Source of the DNA: Candidatus Competibacteraceae bacterium
GTDB lineage: Bacteria > Bacteroidota > Bacteroidia > CAIKAF01
NCBI GenBank assembly: GCA_014879445.1
Contig: JACSSC010000032.1
Location: forward strand, 75,164 to 139,163
Direction: 5' to 3'
Length of the DNA stretch: 64,000 bases
The stretch's first letter is position 1. Every line of letters begins with the position of its first letter. Below, one piece after another: positions 40,222 through 49,603 of the stretch. The notes under the pieces were generated by a model, which saw only the letters and a program-made list of their open reading frames with translations, had not been told where the DNA came from and did no database searches. Made by a program: the position numbers and the translations under genes.

Positions 40222-41706
40222 ATGTTAAAACAGTCACTACAACAAAAGCTGCTTCAGAAACTGTCGCCACAACAAATTCAACTGATGAAATTGTTGCAGG
40301 TGCCTACTGCAGCTCTCGAACAAAGAATTAAGGAAGAGTTGGAGGCCAATCCCGCATTGGAAGAAGGAGAAGATCAACCCGAGGAACAAGACGAAGAACA
40401 ACAAGGATTTGAAGATGATTATGAAGAAATCAGCAGCGAAGCCCTAGAAAGAGAAAAAAAATCAGAAGATATTGATATCAACGAATATCTTAACGATGAT
40501 GATTATCCCTACTATAAAACGCAAGTTAACAATATGGCTTCTGACGATGATAGCAAAGAGATTCCTTTCTCTGCCGGCATCAGTTTTCAGGAACATTTAA
40601 TCAGCCAAATCGGATTACGCAACCTATCAGACCACCAACAAGCATTAGCAAGGCATATCATTGGCAATATTGATGATGATGGATATCTGATGCGTGACCT
40701 GACTAGCATGGTTGACGACTTGGCATTTTCAATGAATATTGAAACTACTGTTGAAGAGTTAGAGAAAATACTTACCGTAATCCAAGATTTCGACCCACCT
40801 GGCATAGGTGCTAGAAATTTACAAGAATGCCTCATTATACAATTGCGAAAAAAAGAAAATCCCAGCTCATACACCCAATTGGCTATTCAGGTTTTAAGTC
40901 GCTTCTTTGATGAATTTACTAAAAAACACTATGATAAAATTCAGCGTCGCTTATCTATGGATGATGCTGAAATGAAAAAAACCATTCAGGAAATTTTACA
41001 TCTCAATCCTAAGCCCGGTAATTCTATGGCCCAAACATCACGTAGTGCTCAAGCCATTCTTCCTGATTTTATTCTGCATAACAACGACGGCAAACTCGAA
41101 CTTTTTTTGAATGCAAAAAATGCACCCGAACTCAAAGTAAGTCGTACATATGCTGAAATGCTTGAGGGATTCTCAAAAAATAAAAAAAATGCCGATAGAA
41201 GTCAAAAAGATGCCATCCTTTTTGTAAAACAAAAATTAGATGCCGCTCGATGGTTCATTGATGCCATCAAGCAACGACAGGAAACCCTCATGGCAGTCAT
41301 GGGCTCTATCCTCAGTTTTCAGTATGATTACTTTTCTACCGGTGATGAAGTACGTCTCAAACCTATGATCTTAAAAGATATTGCCGATGCTGTCGGCCTA
41401 GATATCTCAACCGTATCAAGAGTTGCCAATAGCAAATATATTGAAACAGCTTTCGGTACATTCTTGTTGAAATCCTTCTTCTCTGAATCGCTTTCTACTG
41501 ATAGTGGAGAAGAGGTATCAACACGTGAAGTAAAAAAAATTCTGCAAGATTGTATAGGAAACGAAAACAAAAGAAGACCACTGACGGATGAAAAACTCGC
41601 TGATATTTTAAAGGAGAAAGGATACAACATCGCTCGTCGAACCGTTGCCAAATACCGCGAACAACTTGACATTCCCGTTGCCCGTCTTCGTAAAGAATTG
41701 AAATGA
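40222..41706 (+). CDS. rpoN: RNA polymerase sigma-54 factor
   Basis: N-terminal Gln/Leu-rich region I. Acidic region II. C-terminal RpoN box ARRTVAKYREQL and a DNA-binding HTH. Confidence 0.95.
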   Translation: MLKQSLQQKLLQKLSPQQIQLMKLLQVPTAALEQRIKEELEANPALEEGEDQPEEQDEEQQGFEDDYEEISSEALEREKKSEDIDINEYLNDDDYPYYKTQVNNMASDDDSKEIPFSAGISFQEHLISQIGLRNLSDHQQALARHIIGNIDDDGYLMRDLTSMVDDLAFSMNIETTVEELEKILTVIQDFDPPGIGARNLQECLIIQLRKKENPSSYTQLAIQVLSRFFDEFTKKHYDKIQRRLSMDDAEMKKTIQEILHLNPKPGNSMAQTSRSAQAILPDFILHNNDGKLELFLNAKNAPELKVSRTYAEMLEGFSKNKKNADRSQKDAILFVKQKLDAARWFIDAIKQRQETLMAVMGSILSFQYDYFSTGDEVRLKPMILKDIADAVGLDISTVSRVANSKYIETAFGTFLLKSFFSESLSTDSGEEVSTREVKKILQDCIGNENKRRPLTDEKLADILKEKGYNIARRTVAKYREQLDIPVARLRKELK

Positions 41707-42344
41707 CAAAAATATTTTTTGGGCTAATTTCCTATCTCTTTCACCCCCTTCTCATGCCGCTGGTAGGCGTTATGATTGTGCTTACCCAAAATGACATGTA
41801 TCGCTTGCTTGTTCCTCCTCCATTGAGGTTTTTTATTGCATTGGTGCTTCTCGTTTTTACTATTCTTTTTCCTGTTTTTACCTTGTTGGGCATGCGAATG
41901 GCTCGACTTATCAGTAGCTTGCATCTGCCTCTAAGAAATGAACGAAGATATCCTCTCTTAATGGGCGTAGTATTTTACACTGTGGCTTGGTGGCTAATCA
42001 AATCTGTTAATGAAATTCAATCTATCAATTATCTTTTTATTGCCGGACTTTTCACACTTGCAATCCTACTTGTTCTAAATCATTTTATTAAGCTAAGTAT
42101 TCATATGGCTGCCATAGGTGGACTAACGGGAATGTTTACTGTCTTTTCTCTTTTGCCCGGCTTTGATTCCTGGTATTTTTTATTGGGAGCCGTAATGGCT
42201 TCAGGGCTCGTCGCTTCATCACGACTATACCTGAAAGCTCATACCGTAAAAGAAGTAATATGGGGCTACACAATTGGGTTTCTATCACAATACATACTTC
42301 TGTTGATTTTATTGTATCGACTGATTTCTATGCCATCTCACTAA
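41703..42344 (+). CDS. Hypothetical multi-pass membrane protein
   Basis: 213 aa, 5-6 hydrophobic helices. ATGA overlap with the rpoN stop. No recognised motif. Confidence 0.45.
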   Translation: MTKIFFGLISYLFHPLLMPLVGVMIVLTQNDMYRLLVPPPLRFFIALVLLVFTILFPVFTLLGMRMARLISSLHLPLRNERRYPLLMGVVFYTVAWWLIKSVNEIQSINYLFIAGLFTLAILLVLNHFIKLSIHMAAIGGLTGMFTVFSLLPGFDSWYFLLGAVMASGLVASSRLYLKAHTVKEVIWGYTIGFLSQYILLLILLYRLISMPSH

Positions 42345-43863
42345 CAAATGCTTCCCATTCGGCAAATGCTTCTCTCTGCAATACGCGTGGAAATTTATGC
42401 TGTGCGCCCATTTTTCCTTTCTTTGCCATCCATTCGTAAAACTTAGCTGTAGGTATTAATTCAACTTGTACTTCACGCAGTGCATATTTACGTTCCACTG
42501 CATAATCATCATTTAATTCTTTTAGCGCTTCATCCAGCTTCCTTTGCAATGCATCTTTATCTATTCCGGGTACATCAACCCCAATATACCATTTATGCCC
42601 AAACAAAGATCCAACACCAATGCCTGAAACTGTATATTCACTGATTGGAATATTGAATGTATTACTCACCACTTCAATAGCATGATTCATGTTCTCTGTT
42701 GAAACATGCTCACCACACAAACTGAGAAAATGTTTGGTTCGCCCAGTGATGACTATCTCTAAATTTTCAAGTGATGAAAACTTAATAGTATCACCTATCA
42801 GATATCGCCAGATACCGGCATTAGTCGAAAGCAGTATGGCATAATCAACACCCTTTTCTACTTCATGTATAAGCAATGTTTCGGGATGCGATTTTAATGT
42901 ACCGTCAGAATTGAAATTATTTTCATTAAATGGTATAAATTCCATGAAAATACCATTGTCAAGAACCAATTCCATTCCCTTAACATCTTTACGACTTTGA
43001 TAGGCAATGAATCCCTCTGATGCCAAATATGTTTCTAAATAATGAATCGGTTTCCCTAATAACTTCTCAAACCTTTTTCTATAGGGCTCAAACGCCACCC
43101 CTCCATAAATAAAAACCTGAAGATTGGGCCAAATTTCATGAATGTCGTTTAAGCCGTGCATTTCAATGATGCGCTCAAGTACTAATTGATTCCATGCCGG
43201 AATTCCGGTAAGCATCCCTATATCCCATTTGGGTGCATTACGTGCTATTTCATCAATCTTAATATTCCAATCCGTATGCCGGGCAATTTCTTTACCGGGC
43301 TTATAAAAGGGTTGTGTCCAAAATGGCATCTTGGACTGATTGATACCACTTAAATCTCCCTGATAGTAATTGCCCATATTTTGCAGCGCTGTAGATCCTC
43401 CCAATACCAATACTCCTTTGGTGAAAAAATCTTCATTCAAACCATAATTAACAAGCGAAACCAATTGACGCAAACTGGTCTTCTTCATTGACCGCATGGT
43501 AGAACTGGTAATGGGAATGTATTTACTCGCCGAACCGGATGTGCCCGAACTCAATGCAAAATATCTTATTTTGCCAGGCCAACATACATCATCTTCTCCG
43601 GCCAATGTCTTATGCCACCACTCATCAAATATTCTGTTGTAATCATAAATTGGCACTACTCGTTGAAAAAGCTTTTCCGGATTATTCGCCATCAACATGG
43701 ACTCAAATTCAAAATTTTGACCAAACTGAGTATAACGCGCCTTGCTCAATAGCTTCAATAGAGTTTTTCTCTGGACTCGCTCCGGAGCCGATTTTCGCCT
43801 CACTTTATTCACGGTGGTGCGAATAGCCATTGCTCGTTTGATAATAGTACCTACTATCTCCAT
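42328..43863 (-). CDS. GH3 (auxin-responsive promoter) family protein, acyl-acid amido synthetase-like adenylating enzyme
   Basis: FALSSGTSGSASKYIPIT is a GH3-family adenylation P-loop-like motif. 511 aa. Confidence 0.8.
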   Translation of the reverse strand: MEIVGTIIKRAMAIRTTVNKVRRKSAPERVQRKTLLKLLSKARYTQFGQNFEFESMLMANNPEKLFQRVVPIYDYNRIFDEWWHKTLAGEDDVCWPGKIRYFALSSGTSGSASKYIPITSSTMRSMKKTSLRQLVSLVNYGLNEDFFTKGVLVLGGSTALQNMGNYYQGDLSGINQSKMPFWTQPFYKPGKEIARHTDWNIKIDEIARNAPKWDIGMLTGIPAWNQLVLERIIEMHGLNDIHEIWPNLQVFIYGGVAFEPYRKRFEKLLGKPIHYLETYLASEGFIAYQSRKDVKGMELVLDNGIFMEFIPFNENNFNSDGTLKSHPETLLIHEVEKGVDYAILLSTNAGIWRYLIGDTIKFSSLENLEIVITGRTKHFLSLCGEHVSTENMNHAIEVVSNTFNIPISEYTVSGIGVGSLFGHKWYIGVDVPGIDKDALQRKLDEALKELNDDYAVERKYALREVQVELIPTAKFYEWMAKKGKMGAQHKFPRVLQREAFAEWEAFVSEMA

Positions 43864-43936
43864 ATGCTTGATTCCATTTTCAAGTGATTGTAGTTATTGC
43901 TCAAAAGACCGAGTAAAATTAAACAAAATCAGGAGA

Positions 43937-45136
43937 TTATAATTTATTCAACATGCCAATTTCTCTTAATTCTAAATATCTCCAGTGACCACGCGTTAAT
44001 CCTTTCTTTGTCAATCCACCATAAAAAACCCTGTCTAATTTCACCACCCTGTAACCAAAATGTTCAAATAACCTACGTACAATTCGATACTTGCCTGAAT
44101 GTATTTCGATACCAATGTGTTTTTTATCCATACCTTCTACAGGCGATACTACATCAGGAGCAAAAAAACCATCCTCCAATTCAACTCCTTGCATAAGCTG
44201 GTCTAAATGCTCTTTCGAAACTTTTCTATCCAACTCAACATGATAAATCTTCACAACCTTGCGGCGCGGATGCATAAGTTTATCGGCCAATATTCCATCA
44301 TTGGTCAGCAACAATAAACCCGTTGTATTTCTATCAAGTCGGCCCACCGAAAATACGCGTTCTTTTACACCTGTCAAAAGATCAAAAATGGTTTTACGGT
44401 TTTGCGGATCTTTTGAAGTGGTAATGTAATCTTTAGGTTTATTTAGCAGAATATATACGGGCTTCTCTCCAATTACCGGTCGTCCACCAAATAATACCTT
44501 GTCTCCAGGTTTAATCTTATATCCCAACTCTGTTATCACTTCTCCATTTACGGTTACTACGCCACTGGCAATATATGTGTCGGCTTCACGTCGCGAACAA
44601 AATCCTGCGTTGGCAATGTATTTATTCAGACGAATGCTATCTGCTTCTTTTGCAGCACTGCTCTTCTTTACTTTAAATTTACCGGCTGATGGAGAACTCT
44701 TTTCCCATCTTGCATCTTTCTTTCCCTTAACATTCCTTTCGAAATTATCTTTTTCAACTCGTCGACTATTTCTTGATGACTCGCCTTCTGTTTTTCGACG
44801 TGTTGATTTCCATTCTCCTTTTTCGGACTTTTCTTTTGTCGTTTTTTTATACGTCAGCGCAGATGATTGTTGTTCTGATTTTTCGCTTCTTCCGGCAACA
44901 CTTCGCCTGTCGTCAAACTTTCTTGTTTTTTTATCAATTGACTTTGCGGTTTCCGATTTACGACGGCCTGCCTGACGTTCTGTTCGGCCTTCACTTGCAC
45001 GAGCTCTTTCTGTATGTACCTTTTCTGTTCGTGGTTTGTCAGTACGCTTTTTTTCATAACGGCCTCCCTGACCGGATTTGGAATTTCGCTGATTTCGCAT
45101 CATGTATGATTTTAATTTGCTCAAAGGTACGTGCAA
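43937..45136 (-). CDS. rluB: RluB/RsuA-family pseudouridine synthase with S4 domain and a ~180-aa Lys/Arg/Glu/Ser-rich N-terminal extension
   Basis: S4 domain IRLNKYIANAGFCSRREADTYIASGVVTVNG. Catalytic-Asp region LLNKPKDYITTSKD...VFSVGRLDRNTTGLLLLTNDG. The N-terminal low-complexity basic region has no stops across ~540 nt. Confidence 0.8.
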   Translation of the reverse strand: MHVPLSKLKSYMMRNQRNSKSGQGGRYEKKRTDKPRTEKVHTERARASEGRTERQAGRRKSETAKSIDKKTRKFDDRRSVAGRSEKSEQQSSALTYKKTTKEKSEKGEWKSTRRKTEGESSRNSRRVEKDNFERNVKGKKDARWEKSSPSAGKFKVKKSSAAKEADSIRLNKYIANAGFCSRREADTYIASGVVTVNGEVITELGYKIKPGDKVLFGGRPVIGEKPVYILLNKPKDYITTSKDPQNRKTIFDLLTGVKERVFSVGRLDRNTTGLLLLTNDGILADKLMHPRRKVVKIYHVELDRKVSKEHLDQLMQGVELEDGFFAPDVVSPVEGMDKKHIGIEIHSGKYRIVRRLFEHFGYRVVKLDRVFYGGLTKKGLTRGHWRYLELREIGMLNKL

Positions 45137-45141
45137 ATTCC

Positions 45142-45492
45142 TTAAAAAGCACCGGGTATATGCGCTATTTCATATTGCCCCAATGCAAAAAAAATTGTAA
45201 TGATGTCAAACCGAACTTCTTGATTGAGGTCAAATTGTTCTACATATCGCTCGGCGGCTTCTTGCATATGTTTTTGTTTGCGCTCATCAATGGCCTCATC
45301 TCCTGAACCAAATGCCAACGAACGCCTCGACTTCACTTCTACAAATACCAGTTCATTACCTATCTGTGCTATGATGTCAATCTCTTTATGTCCAATTCGC
45401 CAATTGGTGTGCAAGATATCATATCCCTTGTTGCGCAAATACTGTACAGCCAATTCTTCTCCTTTCTTTCCGGTATCATGGTGTTTTGCCAT
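45142..45492 (-). CDS. yraN: YraN-family (UPF0102) endonuclease-fold protein
   Basis: GKKGEELAVQYLRNKGYDILHTNWR...GEIDIIA...LVFVEVKSR. Confidence 0.8.
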   Translation of the reverse strand: MAKHHDTGKKGEELAVQYLRNKGYDILHTNWRIGHKEIDIIAQIGNELVFVEVKSRRSLAFGSGDEAIDERKQKHMQEAAERYVEQFDLNQEVRFDIITIFFALGQYEIAHIPGAF

Positions 45493-45913
45493 GCTGTTAA
45501 AGATGTTTAATGAACCAACCCAAGCCTGAACTTATTTGTTAACCTTTTGAACTTGATACCAATATAGGGGTAAAATAAAAAATGCAACAATCTATCAAAA
45601 ATGTTAGAATTAAAATATCTGAAAATGAGCTATTTATATTTTAATGGGGTAATATTCTCGCTTGTATTGCAACGCACAAGCATTAAAAATGGTCTTTTTA
45701 ATTAACTGTGCAAACATATAATTTTGAATCATGAACGATCAACAACATATAACAAGGCAAACTGACAAGCACAGCGTTCAGGAAATGCAATCAGTAATTA
45801 CATACGTGGGGTATGTAAATGGAAAACTAACACGATTCTTCCTGAAAATGTTGCCTGGTAATCGGTTCGTAAAAGTTGAAGCTACCTGGTAAGTATGCGA
45901 GTTACGCTCCTAC

Positions 45914-48064
45914 TTATCTAACATCAAACAGGTATCTTTTATCCTGAATTTTATAGCTTGATTTTACTGCATCCATAGCATCTGTTGATGCTCTGGAACT
46001 AATCTGAGATAAAAGTTGGATTTTGTTAAAACTGTAATCGCCTGTTCCTTGAGCGGGATTCAGTAAGTCGGTAACAAATACAAAAACTCCGTTATTGCCT
46101 TCAAGTGGTTTTGATAGCTGGCCTTGCTTAAGGCCAAAAACAGCACCTACTAATTCAGTTTCAACACCGGCTCCGGGGATAAAGAATGATTGAAAGGTAA
46201 CATCGGTTGCAGGATTCACATTCAGCTGCATGGCAGAAGCTACTTCATCCAAATTATTTTTACCGCTCATAGCTTGAGAAAATTCTTGAATATACTGAAG
46301 CGCCTTCTTATGCCGCTTTGCTCCAACCTCCACATCTTTCCTAACATCTTCTAATTTGGGAATACCATCGCTGCGAACAGTTGTAAGTAATGCGACAACA
46401 TAATTGTTTCCACTTTGAAAAACTTCAGAGATTTCACCTCTTTTCGACATCAAAGCCCATTTGATAATATCACGAGAATCGTCAAGACCCATAATTCCAC
46501 GGCTCGACTCGGTAATAAAGCTTTCATCTCTAGGAACTAACTTCTTATCGCGACAGTATTTTTCAAAATACATATCAGGGTCAAATGATTTTTGGGTTTT
46601 ATCGGTAAAAGCCATGTCTGATGCTTGGTTATACGCCTCTTGCATGGTTTCGTTGCTGGGAACTATTTGCTTATAAACCATAGCAACCAATGCTTTTTTG
46701 TTGGGCTTGGTCATCGCCTGAATATACACGATATGAAATCCAAATTCAGTATCAACCTTTTTGAAAGTACCGGCTTTTGACGAAAATACAGTATCGTTAA
46801 AAGAACGCACCATCATGCCTTCTGTAAACCATCCTAAATTTCCAGTATCTTTCTTATTGCTTTCATCAGCCGAATATTGAGCCGCAATACTTGCAAAATC
46901 ACCCCCGTTCTGCAAAACAGTAAATAAGCTGTCACGAAGCGATCTGAACAGTTCCACCTCTTCCTGTTTGGTGGGCTGCAATAAAATGTGTCGCGCCTTG
47001 GCCGAGTCAGAAGATTCTTTTTCTCCTATTTTACGAGCAATCACAAACGAACCATTGTCAATATACGGACCGGCAACTGTACCAATTGGTGTTTGAAAAA
47101 GTAATGAATCATAGTAAGGACTCAATGCGCCCTTTTTGAAATATGCAGGATCCTGATTTTGATCAGAATTCTGGCGAACAAACAATGTGTCATCGTCTGT
47201 TTCTTTAAATTCAGCCAATAGCTTTTTCATCTCAGCTTCTAAGGCCAATGTGTCTTTAGTTGTAGGAATACCGGCAAAAACAACATACTTGATTGCTCTT
47301 GATTTTTTTTGCCTGTATCGGTATTTAAATTCATTGAAGTAACTTCTAAGCTCATCGTCGCTCAATGTAATGGTTGAGTCAGGTATCAATGAATACGGCT
47401 TCATAATAAAACGAATATTGGCTCTGTCGCCTGCTGCATTAAAATTCGATTCAGCTTCCTTGCTGGTAACATACATACTTTTAGATATCAAAGAAGAGTA
47501 TTTGCCCTGAAGCCGATCTAATCGAACACTTTGTTGCAAATATGCCCAATACATACGCGCCGAACGCCATTGCTCTAAATTTTCATCAGGTATTGCGCTT
47601 TCATCTTCAAACTGGGCAGCATAATTGGCTACATCCTGCGCATTAAAAACGCCGGTTTGCTGATTAGTAAACTGGCTTATAATCAATGGATGCAGTGTGC
47701 GACCTACTAACATATCATTCATCTCAGCAGCAGAAATAGCTATACCCAATTTTTCAAACTCCTTATAAAACACACGTTCATTCAAAATGTCATTCCAAAC
47801 CTCATCAGCTATTTGTTGTCTCTGCATTTCATTAATTTCTGCCTGCGGATTTAGCGTTTGTACTAATGTTTCCTTATCAGCCACTCTATACTGATATTCG
47901 GCAATATTTACATTCTTACCGCCAATTACCGCTACTACATTATCAGGCCCTTCGTTAAAGAGATTCGTGAAAATATTCGAACCTAAAATAAATGCCAGCA
48001 TGGATACTCCGATTACTATCAGCAACAAAGTACCACGTTTGCGAATACTGCCAATTACTGCCAT
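45914..48064 (-). CDS. Periplasmic chaperone / peptidyl-prolyl isomerase, PpiD/SurA-like
   Basis: N-terminal signal anchor (MAVIGSIRKRGTLLLIVIGVSMLAF). 716 aa. Parvulin-like segment (ARHILL...). Typical Bacteroidota PpiD size. Confidence 0.7.
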   Translation of the reverse strand: MAVIGSIRKRGTLLLIVIGVSMLAFILGSNIFTNLFNEGPDNVVAVIGGKNVNIAEYQYRVADKETLVQTLNPQAEINEMQRQQIADEVWNDILNERVFYKEFEKLGIAISAAEMNDMLVGRTLHPLIISQFTNQQTGVFNAQDVANYAAQFEDESAIPDENLEQWRSARMYWAYLQQSVRLDRLQGKYSSLISKSMYVTSKEAESNFNAAGDRANIRFIMKPYSLIPDSTITLSDDELRSYFNEFKYRYRQKKSRAIKYVVFAGIPTTKDTLALEAEMKKLLAEFKETDDDTLFVRQNSDQNQDPAYFKKGALSPYYDSLLFQTPIGTVAGPYIDNGSFVIARKIGEKESSDSAKARHILLQPTKQEEVELFRSLRDSLFTVLQNGGDFASIAAQYSADESNKKDTGNLGWFTEGMMVRSFNDTVFSSKAGTFKKVDTEFGFHIVYIQAMTKPNKKALVAMVYKQIVPSNETMQEAYNQASDMAFTDKTQKSFDPDMYFEKYCRDKKLVPRDESFITESSRGIMGLDDSRDIIKWALMSKRGEISEVFQSGNNYVVALLTTVRSDGIPKLEDVRKDVEVGAKRHKKALQYIQEFSQAMSGKNNLDEVASAMQLNVNPATDVTFQSFFIPGAGVETELVGAVFGLKQGQLSKPLEGNNGVFVFVTDLLNPAQGTGDYSFNKIQLLSQISSRASTDAMDAVKSSYKIQDKRYLFDVR

Positions 48065-48144
48065 TCTGTTATGATTTTACTTTTTTTAATAAGGGCACGA
48101 ATATACAATAATTTTCTTTTCCTAAACGATTATCGCACCTTATC

Positions 48145-49425
48145 TTACGATTTTATGGGCTTTACAACCACTTCTTCTATTTTGGTTTCGCTAACTCGCT
48201 GAATTGTAAATCTAAAACCCTCAGTTTCAATGGTTTTCCCCACCTCTGGTATGCTCTTTTCTATGTCGAGTATCAAACCCGCTAACGTATTATATTCTTC
48301 TTTCTCTGGCAAATTCATACGATATACCTCGTTGATATAATCAATCTCCAAACGTCCCGAAAACAAATAGGTGCCATCACTATTAATCTGTTGTATAAGA
48401 TTAGGGCCATCATGCTCATCTTCAATTTCTCCAAAAATTTCTTCTATGATGTCTTCGGTGGTAAGCAATCCTGAAGTCCCTCCATACTCATCCACAACTA
48501 CTGCTACACTTTTATGTTGCTGGGCAAACATCGCTAATATATCTTTCACCAACATGGTTTCGGGCACTATAGTCACCGGAAGCATCACTTGCTTAATGCT
48601 TTCGGGCTGTTTAAACATCTCGAATGAATGTACAAATCCGGTAATCTCATCCATGCTGTTACGATACACCATAATTTTTGAATGACCAGTTTCTATGAAC
48701 AATTTCTCCAACTCTTCAACCGGTGCTTCGATATCTATGGCTACAATTTCTGTACGCGGTATCATACATTCACGGGCTCGCGTTAATGGAAATTCAAGCA
48801 CATTCTGAAGAATTTTGACTTCATTATCCAGCCGTTCTTTTTCCTTCGACTCATCAAAACTCACTTGGCTGAGGTAGTAGTTCAAATCGGTGCGTTCAAA
48901 TAATATTTCTTCTTCCTGCATAGGCACTCTAAAAACATATTTCAGCAATCGTTTAGATATAAAAACCGTAAAACTCACAGGCACGTGCAATACATAATAA
49001 AATACTGTAGCCGGAATTAAAAATAGACGCAACGACTGGTTGGGATTTATTGCAAAAAATGCCTTAGGCAGAAACTCTCCTGTTACCAATATCACCATAG
49101 TCGAAATAATGGTTTGCATCACAATCATCCACAAGCCATTCACCTTTCCCCACATATGCATCATCCATCCGCTCAACCACGGCTCCAGCACAACCGCCGT
49201 CATCATTCCATATACTACCAACGTAATGTTATTACCTATCAGCATAGTGCCAATATATCGCGATGGTTCACGTGTCAGCAAACCCAGTAATCGCGACTGC
49301 AATCCAACTTTACTCTTTTCAATTTCTAATTTATATTTATTTGCCGAAACAAATGCCATCTCCATCCCCGAAAAAAAACCGGAAAAAATAATTGCCCCTG
49401 CAATAATAATCCATTGCGCTGCCAT
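48145..49425 (-). CDS. CNNM/hemolysin-family protein (DUF21 + CBS pair + CorC_HlyC), GldE-like
   Basis: DUF21 N-terminus (IIAGAIIFSGFFSGMEMAFVSANKYKLE). Two CBS domains. C-terminal transporter-associated domain. 426 aa. Confidence 0.8.
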   Translation of the reverse strand: MAAQWIIIAGAIIFSGFFSGMEMAFVSANKYKLEIEKSKVGLQSRLLGLLTREPSRYIGTMLIGNNITLVVYGMMTAVVLEPWLSGWMMHMWGKVNGLWMIVMQTIISTMVILVTGEFLPKAFFAINPNQSLRLFLIPATVFYYVLHVPVSFTVFISKRLLKYVFRVPMQEEEILFERTDLNYYLSQVSFDESKEKERLDNEVKILQNVLEFPLTRARECMIPRTEIVAIDIEAPVEELEKLFIETGHSKIMVYRNSMDEITGFVHSFEMFKQPESIKQVMLPVTIVPETMLVKDILAMFAQQHKSVAVVVDEYGGTSGLLTTEDIIEEIFGEIEDEHDGPNLIQQINSDGTYLFSGRLEIDYINEVYRMNLPEKEEYNTLAGLILDIEKSIPEVGKTIETEGFRFTIQRVSETKIEEVVVKPIKS

Positions 49426-49472
49426 GCGTTAAAAAAATGTTGGCATAAATGTAATAAATATCCAAAATATTA

Positions 49473-49591
49473 GGGCAACCCTCGGCGCTCTTTCACTCTT
49501 GCCATCGCACGCCGAGGCCGGGCTGTCCGCTATAGTTGCGCCCATACGCTCATGCAGCTCCAGCGCAAGCTGCCGCTTCCATCCCTGTTGC
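49473..49591. other. GC-rich (~65% vs ~38% flanks) structured intergenic element of ~120 bp with two hairpins
   Basis: Hairpin 1: CCTCGGCG (49480-49487) pairs with CGCCGAGG (49510-49517) across a 22-nt loop. Hairpin 2: GCAGCT (49554-49559) pairs with AGCTGC (49568-49573). No ORF of meaningful length. Confidence 0.35.
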
Positions 49592-49603
49592 AAAAAAGAA
49601 TTC

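Noticed and set aside
44499-45306. Two plus-strand ORFs (158 aa and 177 aa) antisense to the rluB-like gene
   Set aside because: The low-complexity basic region on the minus strand produces stop-free antisense frames. The products are Phe/Leu/Ser-rich nonsense.
45493-45913. Search for a tRNA or tmRNA in the long yraN / ppiD-like intergenic gap
   Set aside because: There is no GTTCGAATC-type T-loop and no acceptor-stem complementarity on either strand. The region is too AT-rich and unstructured for a tRNA.
49040-49432. 130-aa plus-strand ORF inside the gldE-like gene
   Set aside because: It is antisense to a conserved DUF21 domain. The composition is typical of reverse-strand translation of a membrane protein.
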